A program made the position numbers and the translations under genes. Positions 10,979 to 19,141 of a stretch of DNA of 64,000 bases are shown one piece after another. The notes under the pieces are model-generated. The model saw only the letters and a list, made by a program, of their open reading frames with translations, was not told the origin of the DNA and made no database searches. The first letter of the stretch is position 1; every line of letters starts with the position of its first letter. Source of the stretch: Candidatus Parachristensenella avicola (GTDB lineage Bacteria; Bacillota; Clostridia; Christensenellales; UMGS416); contig CAJFUN010000023.1 of assembly GCA_904420205.1 (NCBI GenBank), positions 129,409 through 193,408 on the forward strand, written 5' to 3'.

Positions 10979-12025
10979 ATGGCTGACAAAATTCGTATCG
11001 GGCTGATCGGCGGCGGCAACATCGCCCAGAACGCCCACATTCCCGCATACCTGAACCAGGACGATGTAGAGCTTGTCGCGATCTGCGACTTTAATCGCGA
11101 GCGCGCCGACGAGGTAAAAGAAAAATACGGCATGAAATATGCCTGCTATGCCATTGACGATATGGCCCAAATCGACGAAGTGGATGCGGTCAGCGTCTGC
11201 ACCTGGAATAACGCGCATGCCGAGGCCGTTATCGCAGCGGCTAAGGCCGGCAAGCATATCCTTTGCGAGAAGCCCATGGCCATGACGGTGGATCAATGCT
11301 TGGAGATGGAAAAAGCGGTTCGGGCCAGCGGCAAGGTATATTTGCAGGGGTTTGTGACCCGCATGGATCCCGAATGCCAAGCCATTAAGGCAGCCATTGA
11401 CGAAGGGGCTATGGGCGATATTTATTATGCCCGCTGCACCTCGATGCGCCGCCGCGGCACGCCGGTGGGCTGGTTCCATAACCGCGCCAAGTCCGGCGGC
11501 GGCCCGGTCATCGATATCGGCGTGCATGTACTGGACATGACCTGGTATCTGATGGGTAAGCCCAAGCCCGTTAGTGTATCGGCCTGCGCCCATTATAACA
11601 AGATCGGCAACTTTAAGACGAAGGGCGTCTCCCGCTGGCTGGCCTTCGATCAGAATGAAACGGTCTTTGACACGGAAGATTCGGCCAACGGCCTCATCCG
11701 CTTTGAGAACGGCGTATCGCTGAATTTCGACGTTTCCTGGGCGATCAACGGCAAGCCGGAAAGCCACAATGCTTGGATCTATGGCGACAAGGCCGGGGTC
11801 AGCGTGCATCCGGCCGTGCTCTACGGGGAGACGGGCGGCTACCAGAGCGACACCGCCCTGACGCTGGAGCGCTATAACGCCTTTGATATGGAGATTCGCC
11901 ATTTCCTGGATTGCATCAAGGGCAAGGAGGAGCCGCTCTCGCCCATTGAGGATGGCATCGCGATTCAGCGTATTCTCAATGGTATCTATGAATCCGCTGA
12001 GGCTGGCAAGGAAATCATGCTGTAG
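10979..12025 (+). CDS. Gfo/Idh/MocA family oxidoreductase
   Basis: Rossmann N-terminus IGLIGGGNIAQNAH and EKP motif (ILCEKPMA). AAGGAGG RBS. Confidence 0.9.
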   Translation: MADKIRIGLIGGGNIAQNAHIPAYLNQDDVELVAICDFNRERADEVKEKYGMKYACYAIDDMAQIDEVDAVSVCTWNNAHAEAVIAAAKAGKHILCEKPMAMTVDQCLEMEKAVRASGKVYLQGFVTRMDPECQAIKAAIDEGAMGDIYYARCTSMRRRGTPVGWFHNRAKSGGGPVIDIGVHVLDMTWYLMGKPKPVSVSACAHYNKIGNFKTKGVSRWLAFDQNETVFDTEDSANGLIRFENGVSLNFDVSWAINGKPESHNAWIYGDKAGVSVHPAVLYGETGGYQSDTALTLERYNAFDMEIRHFLDCIKGKEEPLSPIEDGIAIQRILNGIYESAEAGKEIML

Positions 12026-12046
12026 AAATCCCTTTCATCCCCAAGA

Positions 12047-12074
12047 GGGCGGGCCGGTTGGCTCACCCTTTTTT
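12047..12074 (+). terminator. probable intrinsic terminator after the oxidoreductase gene
   Basis: Imperfect 9-bp stem GGGCGGGCC/GGCTCACCC with loop GGTT, followed by TTTTTT. Confidence 0.5.
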
Positions 12075-12343
12075 ATCTGATACAGGGGAAAAGGAGAGAA
12101 AAGTAAGGAAAGGTAAGAAAAGTAAATGGATGAATAAGTTAACCTTTTTCACCGATCGTTTTGTCGTTCCCGCTACCGGTCAAACGCCATGTAATCCTAT
12201 ACAAATCGCCTGTCTCTAATTTTAGCATCGTTGGTAAATTTTGTCTAAGTTGTTATCCAACGGCCAGCGCGGGAGGGGGTGGAGCATAGAGCGCAGAAGA
12301 AGCTGCAACGATCATAGGGGTACAATAAAAGGAGGAGTATCAC

Positions 12344-15300
12344 ATGAAAAGAAGAAAAAGCGGGTTTTGCCGGATTCATCGGCTGCTGGCGGCTGTGTTG
12401 GGACTGATGTTGACGGCCGCATGCGGATTGACCCTGGGGCTGGCTGGAGGGACACGGCTGGCCTTAGCAGAGACCACTGCGCCAGGGGATACCACAACGC
12501 CCGACGGGACAACAACGGCGCCGGCCAACCAGCCGGATGCGACGGAGCCACAAAGCACAGCAGGAACAACGGCAGCCGAAACAACGGCAACGGCAGCCGA
12601 AACAACGGCAACGGCGGCTGAAACAACGGCAACGGCGGCTGAAACAACGACGGCGGCTGAAACAACGACGGCGGCTGAAACAACGACAGCGCTGCCGGCC
12701 CGGGCGCCGGCCAACCAGGCTGATTCTGGCGCCATTGATGGCTATGCGCCGGAAGGGATGCGGAACCTGGCGCCCAGCGCGGTGGCGGTCGAGGCATCCT
12801 CCAGCTATGAAATGGTTTCAGAAGGCTGGAGTAAAGAGTTCATCAAGGATGGTAAATTGGGCTTTGCCGGCAGTGCGCTTGCCGATCCGAGGGGATGGAG
12901 CACCAACCCCTATGATACCGAGACAAAGGCCGAGGCTCCGGCCTGGATCCGGTTGCAGCTGGATGACGATTATATGATCAGCCGCATAGTCCTGTTCCCG
13001 CGTAGCGATGGTGATGTCTATGGTGATTGCTTCCCAATGGCTTATACGCTGCGTATATCTACAGATGGCGTTTCCTATTCCGATGTCATAACAAAGGAGG
13101 AATCCGGCCTGCCGGAGGAGCCGGTGGTGATTGACCTGGGCAGGCCGGTCGAGGCCCGATATGTGGAGCTATATGTCAGCCTGCGCTATGACCAGGATTC
13201 CATTGGCGGAGGTACGGGAAACGATGGCAAGCTGGTGCAGCTTTCGGAGCTTGCAATATTTGGCCAAGACACGCCGGAAGCCTTTGATCCGGCCGATATC
13301 GATTCCTACGCACCCAAGGGCACGACAAATCTGGCCCTGAAGGCGGCGGCTTCAGCGTTGTCCACCTATGAACCGACCGATGTTCCGGTATGGAGTATTC
13401 GCTTTTTGAATAACGGCGTGATCGGTGAGGACGGATGGTCGACAAACCCCTTTGTAGTAGAGGGCGAGACAGTCCCGACCTGGGCGCAACTGGATTTAGG
13501 CGCCAATTATGCCATGGATCGGGTGGTGCTTTTCCCCAAGGGCAGTTTCCCGGTAGACTATGAACTACAGGTTTCTCTGGATGGTAATGCGTTTGAAACC
13601 GTACACCGGGTTACGGGGCAGGTACCCCCGGACGAGCCGGTAGTGGCCGACCTGCCCCAGGGGACGGAAGGGCGATATGTAAGGCTTTATGTAACCAGAC
13701 GGGGCGGTGACGCAGATCCGCAGGGCGGTATGCTGGTACAGCTTTCAGAGCTTGCTGTTTTCGGCAGGGTGGGCAGCGTAACGGTGGGCGTCAACAAGCC
13801 GGCGTTGCTCCTAACGCCTGGCATGACTGAAACGCTTAAGGCAGAGGTCGTGAAGAATGAATCCGATCAGGTAGAGCTTATCTGGAGCAGTGATCGGACG
13901 GATGTTGCCACGGTGGATGAGAACGGCCTGGTGAGAGCAGTAGCTGCTGGCGAAGCGACTATTACGCTGACCGAAAAGGTGCATAATGTGACCGCTAGCT
14001 GTACAGTCCATGTGCAGGATAGCGTGGACTGGGCCAGTGACCAGTTTATGATCTCTGTTTTCTGGCCGCCCACCAAGGATTATGTAACCGACGAACATTA
14101 TAAGGCTATGGCTGACGCTGGAATTGACTATGTCAACAATGTGACAGGCAATGATCTAAATGACAAGGAAACCAACCTGAAGATGGCGGAGCTGGCCTTT
14201 AAGTATGGTATGCAGGTTTCCGTGGCCGATCATCGCTTCGGCGGCAACCTGACCGGCATGACCGATGAGCAGATTCAGGAGCTGGTGCAGGAATACACCA
14301 ACGTGCCCGGCGTCGGTGGATTCTATATCCTGGATGAACCCTGGAATGCCAATCCCTATGCCCGAATCTTTAACGCTATGAAAGCGGTTGCGCCCCAATA
14401 TTATGCCCACCTGAATTTCCTCCCGAATATCTATGGCTCAGAGGAAGCCTATGAGCGGCAGATGAGCGATTGGCTCAGCTTGACCGGCGGCCAGGATTAC
14501 CTGATGTATGATCGCTATCCCTTCAGCTGGGCCGAGGGTTCGCTGGATTACGCCGGTATGCTGTCCAATATGAAATCGGTGTGGAAGGTAGGCCTTGCCC
14601 ATAACGTAAAAACTGGTATGTACCTGCAATCCATAGGCGTAGTGGGCAATTTCCGCCGGACGAATCCGGCCGAGATCCGTTATGAAGCCAATATGGCTAT
14701 GGCCTATGGCTTTAAGCAGCTCTCCTATTTTACCTGGTGGACGCCTACGAACCGGAGTGAGAACTTTACAAACGGCATTATTACCCCGGAAGGGCAGAAA
14801 ACCGACCTGTACGAACCAGTCAAGCAGCTCAACCGCGAGATTCATGCCCTGGGCCGCACCCTGATGGACCTGGATGCTAAGGAGATCTACCTGAACGGCG
14901 AAACCTGGGGGCAGCAGGCCGTGCCCGAGCACTTCTTTGTCCAGGCGCTATCCGACGATAACCTGACCTTCTCCTACATGCGCCATAAGAAAACCGGGCG
15001 CAATTATCTCTTTGTGGTCAATAATTCCTTCTCTGAGGAGAAGGACGTGACGCTGGCCTTCGACGGCGCGATTACCTCGCTCCAGGAGGTTGACCGGCAA
15101 AGCGGCAGCCTGAAGCCAGCCGCGCTGAAGGATGGTAAGCTGTCGCTGCACCTGCCCAAGGGTGAAGGCTATCTTTTCGTGCTGCCAGAGGGATATGATT
15201 ATGAAAAGGCCAATACCGATCCCACGCCGGTAAATCAGAACCTTGCGCTGGGCAAGACGGCCAGCGCGCCCAGCTCCCTGGGAGAGAACGGGTGGTTTAT

Positions 15301-17170
15301 TTCCAATGTAACTGATGGCAAACGCTTTACGGAAAACAGCGTGAACGGCTGGAGTACGGAAAAAGCTGACGCATCCTTTTCAGTTGCGCTGATGGTGGAT
15401 TTAGGCCGGGTAGAAACGGTTAACCGTGTGGATCTGTATCCAGCGGGAAATTCCTTGGAATACGGCGCGACATTCCCGCGGAGCTTTAGCCTTGACGTGT
15501 CCGAGGATGGCAAGACCTGGAATACCGTAAAGACAGTGGAGGGGATGGATGCGCCGGATGCAGCCTTAAGCTATGCGATTAATGATACCAGCGCTCGGTA
15601 CGTCCGCCTTTCGATCACGGAGATGAATGCCCACAGCGGGAAGTTCTCCGCGGCACTGAATGAGATTGAGGTATACTATGATGACGGCAATACCCCTGCG
15701 CCCGCTGCGCCGGAGGCGGAACCGCTTGACCCTTATATAGAAGGGGAGAATATCGCCAAAGCAAAGCCGGTTATTGTGTCTTCAACTACGCCTGACGCTA
15801 CCTATGAGCAGTGGGGATGGGCCAGCAAGTTCCTGGTGGACGAGGATCTCAGTAAGGGCTGGACCAGCAATATTAAGCTGCATAACGACGAGCTGGCGGA
15901 GGAGTGGGCGGCGGTCAGCCTGGGAGCGCCCTTCAATGTATCGTGCGTGGAGCTTTACGCCACCGGTACCTTCGCGGTGGATTATCAGGTTCAGTTGTCG
16001 CTGGATGGCAGGCAGTGGACGACGATTGCCGATGTAAAGGACGATGACGGCAGCAAGGACGCGCCGCGGGTCTATACGCTGGATACGCCGGTCAAGGCGG
16101 CTTATATCCGAATGATCAGTTCCAAGCTCCGCTTGGGCGGCGCGGATGGCTACCTGATGCAGGTGGCCGAGATCAAGGCCTATGGCACCCCGGCTACCGA
16201 TAAGACGGCGTTGGCAGACGCACTGGATGCAGCGCAGGCGCTGGACGAGCAGGACTATACGCCCCAAAGCTGGGCTGCGCTGGCAGAGGCCCTGAAGGCA
16301 GGCCAGGATGTAATGAACGCACCCTATGCCTATCAGTATGAGGCCGATCAGGCGGCGGGTGAAGTAAACCGTTTGATTAAAGCTCTTTCTGCCCGGGCGC
16401 AGTTCGGCGCCTTGGAGGTGGCTGTCGCGCAGGCAGAAGCCATACAGGATTTGCAGCGGTACACACCCAAGAGCGTGGCAGCTTTCAAGAATGCGCTGGC
16501 AGACGCCCAGGCGATGATGCAGAACCTGAATGCAACGCAGGCGGAGGTGGATCAGATTCGGGATGCATTAAATGGAGCAATGACAGGGCTAGGACTGAAG
16601 GCGCAGAAAGCAAACCTGCAGGAGACCATTGCCGAGGCAAAGGCGCTGAAGCAGACAGATTATACGCAGGAGAGCCTTCAAGCTGTGATGGATGCATTGG
16701 CGGAAGCAGAAAAGGTGGGACTGGACGAGAACGCCGGGCAACAGGCCGTGGACGAGGCCAACCAGCGGCTGAAGGAAGCGCTGAAGGCGCTGACGCTCAA
16801 ACCGGCGCAGACCCAGGCGCTGGCGGACGCCATCGCGGCGGCCGGGGCCTTGACAGAAGCAAACTATACGGCTGAAAGCTGGGCGGCGCTGCAGCGTGCG
16901 CTGACGGCCGCCCGGGAGCTGATGGCCCGCGATGAGCTGACTGTGCGCGACCAGGCCACGGTGGACGCAGCGCTGGAGGTGCTGACGGCGGCGCAAAAGG
17001 CCCTGCAGCCCGAAAAGAGCGAAACGACAACTACGGTGCAGGCAACGGGGGCAGACGCGGTAAAGACCGGCGATACCATGGCGGCAGGGTGGCTGGCTGC
17101 CCTCGCCGCGGTAAGCGGCGCGCTGCTGGCTGCGCTGCTTGTGGCCAAGCGCCGGAGCAGCAGGCAATAG
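12344..17170 (+). CDS. large cell-surface glycan-binding/glycosidase-like protein (discoidin/F5-8 type C domains, Big_2, TIM-barrel-like core, FIVAR repeats, sortase-type anchor)
   Basis: 1608 aa with AAGGAGG RBS and a signal peptide. Thr/Ala repeat linker. At least four discoidin-like modules (..WSTNP..RIVLFPR..YVELYV..LSELAIFG..). Big_2-like segment (..VATVDENGLVRAVAAGEATITL..). Central domain with an LDEPW motif. About five FIVAR-like repeats (YTPQSWAAL, YTPKSVAAF, YTQESLQAV, YTAESWAAL). C-terminal VKTGD, then a hydrophobic helix and KRRSSRQ. Confidence 0.85.
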   Translation: MKRRKSGFCRIHRLLAAVLGLMLTAACGLTLGLAGGTRLALAETTAPGDTTTPDGTTTAPANQPDATEPQSTAGTTAAETTATAAETTATAAETTATAAETTTAAETTTAAETTTALPARAPANQADSGAIDGYAPEGMRNLAPSAVAVEASSSYEMVSEGWSKEFIKDGKLGFAGSALADPRGWSTNPYDTETKAEAPAWIRLQLDDDYMISRIVLFPRSDGDVYGDCFPMAYTLRISTDGVSYSDVITKEESGLPEEPVVIDLGRPVEARYVELYVSLRYDQDSIGGGTGNDGKLVQLSELAIFGQDTPEAFDPADIDSYAPKGTTNLALKAAASALSTYEPTDVPVWSIRFLNNGVIGEDGWSTNPFVVEGETVPTWAQLDLGANYAMDRVVLFPKGSFPVDYELQVSLDGNAFETVHRVTGQVPPDEPVVADLPQGTEGRYVRLYVTRRGGDADPQGGMLVQLSELAVFGRVGSVTVGVNKPALLLTPGMTETLKAEVVKNESDQVELIWSSDRTDVATVDENGLVRAVAAGEATITLTEKVHNVTASCTVHVQDSVDWASDQFMISVFWPPTKDYVTDEHYKAMADAGIDYVNNVTGNDLNDKETNLKMAELAFKYGMQVSVADHRFGGNLTGMTDEQIQELVQEYTNVPGVGGFYILDEPWNANPYARIFNAMKAVAPQYYAHLNFLPNIYGSEEAYERQMSDWLSLTGGQDYLMYDRYPFSWAEGSLDYAGMLSNMKSVWKVGLAHNVKTGMYLQSIGVVGNFRRTNPAEIRYEANMAMAYGFKQLSYFTWWTPTNRSENFTNGIITPEGQKTDLYEPVKQLNREIHALGRTLMDLDAKEIYLNGETWGQQAVPEHFFVQALSDDNLTFSYMRHKKTGRNYLFVVNNSFSEEKDVTLAFDGAITSLQEVDRQSGSLKPAALKDGKLSLHLPKGEGYLFVLPEGYDYEKANTDPTPVNQNLALGKTASAPSSLGENGWFISNVTDGKRFTENSVNGWSTEKADASFSVALMVDLGRVETVNRVDLYPAGNSLEYGATFPRSFSLDVSEDGKTWNTVKTVEGMDAPDAALSYAINDTSARYVRLSITEMNAHSGKFSAALNEIEVYYDDGNTPAPAAPEAEPLDPYIEGENIAKAKPVIVSSTTPDATYEQWGWASKFLVDEDLSKGWTSNIKLHNDELAEEWAAVSLGAPFNVSCVELYATGTFAVDYQVQLSLDGRQWTTIADVKDDDGSKDAPRVYTLDTPVKAAYIRMISSKLRLGGADGYLMQVAEIKAYGTPATDKTALADALDAAQALDEQDYTPQSWAALAEALKAGQDVMNAPYAYQYEADQAAGEVNRLIKALSARAQFGALEVAVAQAEAIQDLQRYTPKSVAAFKNALADAQAMMQNLNATQAEVDQIRDALNGAMTGLGLKAQKANLQETIAEAKALKQTDYTQESLQAVMDALAEAEKVGLDENAGQQAVDEANQRLKEALKALTLKPAQTQALADAIAAAGALTEANYTAESWAALQRALTAARELMARDELTVRDQATVDAALEVLTAAQKALQPEKSETTTTVQATGADAVKTGDTMAAGWLAALAAVSGALLAALLVAKRRSSRQ
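12572..12688 (+). repeat. in-frame tandem repeat array (3 x 21 nt, then 3 x 18 nt) encoding AAETTAT/AAETTT
   Basis: GCAGCCGAAACAACGGCAACG occurs twice, then GCGGCTGAAACAACGGCAACG once, then three 18-nt units GCGGCTGAAACAACGAC(G/A). Read directly from the sequence. Confidence 0.9.
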
Positions 17171-17198
17171 CGGCTGGGCGCCGAAGCCGGTAAACCCA

Positions 17199-17231
17199 AA
17201 GGGGGCTCCATCGAAAAGATGGAGCCCCCTT
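17199..17231. terminator. hairpin terminator between convergent surface-protein and ABC genes
   Basis: 14-bp stem AAGGGGGCTCCATC/GATGGAGCCCCCTT with loop GAAAA. The U tract is weak. Confidence 0.55.
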
Positions 17232-17245
17232 CGTCGTGCCGCCGG

Positions 17246-19141
17246 TTAGACCGTATCCCTGGGAGCGGCATAGTACTGGGCTTGGGCAAGCCAGAGCGCA
17301 TAATACTTTCCGGAGGGATCAAGCACCAGCGTGTCATGGCGGCCCTGCTGGACGATACGCCCACCGTCGAATACTAGAATGTCATCGCAGAAACGGCAGC
17401 TTGAAAGCCGGTGTGAAATGTAAATTGCCGTTTTATCGCCGACAATTTCATTAAACCGGGCGTAGATTTCAGCCTCGGCAATGGGATCCAAGGCGACGGT
17501 CGGTTCGTCGAGTACGATAAAGGGCGCGTTTTTATATAGGGCGCGGGCTATGGCAATCTTCTGGGCTTCGCCGCCGGAAACCGCTACGCCGTTTTGATCC
17601 AGATCCTTGTAAAGATAGTCTTCCAGGCTCATCGTATCCAGCTTTTCACCAAAACCCGCCTCCACCAGGCAGGCGCGGACTCGCGCGGCGTCATAGCGCC
17701 TGGAGGCGGCTACGTTTTGCCCCAACGGGAGGGCAAAAAGCATAAAATCCTGAAAGACGACGGAGAAAATGGAAAGATACTCTAAATAGCGATATTTGCG
17801 GATATCAATGCCATTAAGTAAAATCTGGCCCTCGGTAGGATCGTATAGGCGGCAGAGCAGCTTGATAAAGGTCGTCTTGCCAGAGCCGTTTTCCCCGACT
17901 ACGGCCATGCGCTTGCCGATTTCAAACTTCATGGATATATGGCGCAGGGCCCAAGATTGGGTGCCGGGATAGCGGAAGGATACGTCCCGGAATTCAATCT
18001 CATACTTGCGGTCGGAGCGTTTCTCCACAGTGAGGCTACCCTGATACATGGCGTTGGGGATATCCAGAAAGGTAAAGAGGGTATCCAGGAAGGGCGCGTT
18101 ATTCACCATGGCCCCAAGGGCGGTAAACAAACCGGCTATACTGCTGGACAGGGTGGTGATGGCGCTCACATACTGGGTGATGGAACCCACGCCGAAAGCG
18201 CCGCCATAAGCCTTAAGCCCCACATAGACGTATACGACGCCGACAAATAAGGTGGTGACAGCGGCGGAGGCGGCCTTCAGGAAACCTCCGGATTTTCGGG
18301 CGTAGCGGGCGAAGGGGCCCTTAGGGCTGAAGGAACTGTCCAGGCCGGAAGCCCACTGCCTGCGGCTGAGGATATCTTGCCGGTAGATGCGGATATCCAG
18401 GGCGCGGGCGCGATCCTGGCCCAGGCTCCCGAAGTAGAAAAACAGGCGGTTTCCAAACCTGGCCTCAGCCATTCCCTCTGCCCAGTAGGCCTCGGCTCGA
18501 TTGGAAAGGAAGGCGGAAAGCAGCACGGCCAACAATAGAGCCAGCAGCACCAGCAGGGCAAACAGCGGATGATTCAGCAGCGCAAGGGCTCCAGCAGTGG
18601 AGGGCACCGGCAGGAGAAACAGCGAAATGGTCAGGGCGATGGCTCCGCCGGCCCTGCAAAGGTTCTTGGCCAAGCGCTGGAAGCAGGAGACAGACTTCAC
18701 CAGGCCCCAACCGCCCCAGTTCGCATTTTGCGTGACCTGTGATAAAAGGTCATGGGTGCGGGGATCATCCATAGAGGCAAAGTCAAGCGTCAGCATCTTT
18801 TGCGACAAAATATGCTGTAAATGCAGAAAAATCTTTTTCTGGTGCACCTGCTCCCAACGATTCAGGAGGGCGGTGACCAGGGATGCGGCGGCGGTGATGA
18901 GGATGACCGCTAGCACCAGATGCGTAAGCCTTCCGGGATCCCGGCCAGATGAAAGCTCATTGAGGATCTGGGCCGAATACCAGATGGGTACATAAAGGGT
19001 AAAGGCGGCGGCAAGGCGATGGCATGCGATGGAAAGTAGGATAGCCGGATCCTGACGCCAGATCAGCGAATAGGCACGGAAGTTCAGCCGCAGGGCGGCC
19101 TTCGTTGAGCGGTTGCCTTCTTGCCTTTTATTACGCTTCAT
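17246..19141 (-). CDS. ABC exporter, fused permease/ATPase subunit (heterodimer partner 2)
   Basis: Frame of ORF 17246..19243. ATG 19141 (MKRNKRQ) overlaps the upstream stop by 11 nt. N-terminal TM domain. Walker A GENGSGKTT, signature VSGGEAQK, Walker B FIVLDEPT. Confidence 0.9.
   Translation of the reverse strand: MKRNKRQEGNRSTKAALRLNFRAYSLIWRQDPAILLSIACHRLAAAFTLYVPIWYSAQILNELSSGRDPGRLTHLVLAVILITAAASLVTALLNRWEQVHQKKIFLHLQHILSQKMLTLDFASMDDPRTHDLLSQVTQNANWGGWGLVKSVSCFQRLAKNLCRAGGAIALTISLFLLPVPSTAGALALLNHPLFALLVLLALLLAVLLSAFLSNRAEAYWAEGMAEARFGNRLFFYFGSLGQDRARALDIRIYRQDILSRRQWASGLDSSFSPKGPFARYARKSGGFLKAASAAVTTLFVGVVYVYVGLKAYGGAFGVGSITQYVSAITTLSSSIAGLFTALGAMVNNAPFLDTLFTFLDIPNAMYQGSLTVEKRSDRKYEIEFRDVSFRYPGTQSWALRHISMKFEIGKRMAVVGENGSGKTTFIKLLCRLYDPTEGQILLNGIDIRKYRYLEYLSIFSVVFQDFMLFALPLGQNVAASRRYDAARVRACLVEAGFGEKLDTMSLEDYLYKDLDQNGVAVSGGEAQKIAIARALYKNAPFIVLDEPTVALDPIAEAEIYARFNEIVGDKTAIYISHRLSSCRFCDDILVFDGGRIVQQGRHDTLVLDPSGKYYALWLAQAQYYAAPRDTV

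Noticed and set aside
10532-11902. 456-aa minus-strand ORF spanning two plus-strand genes
   Set aside because: It is antisense to well-supported TIM-barrel and Gfo/Idh/MocA genes. It has no RBS and a low-complexity Ala/Gly/His/Leu-rich product, typical of GC-rich shadow ORFs. It crosses the intergenic RBS of the real genes.
12312-12977. Repeat-rich ORFs (LFQPPS.., QRQRRLK.. products) around the start of the surface-protein gene; possible CRISPR-like or satellite array
   Set aside because: They are alternative-frame or antisense readings of the 21/18-nt coding tandem repeat. The units are contiguous with no spacers, so this is not a CRISPR array. The sense frame continues into a 1608-aa protein with a signal peptide.
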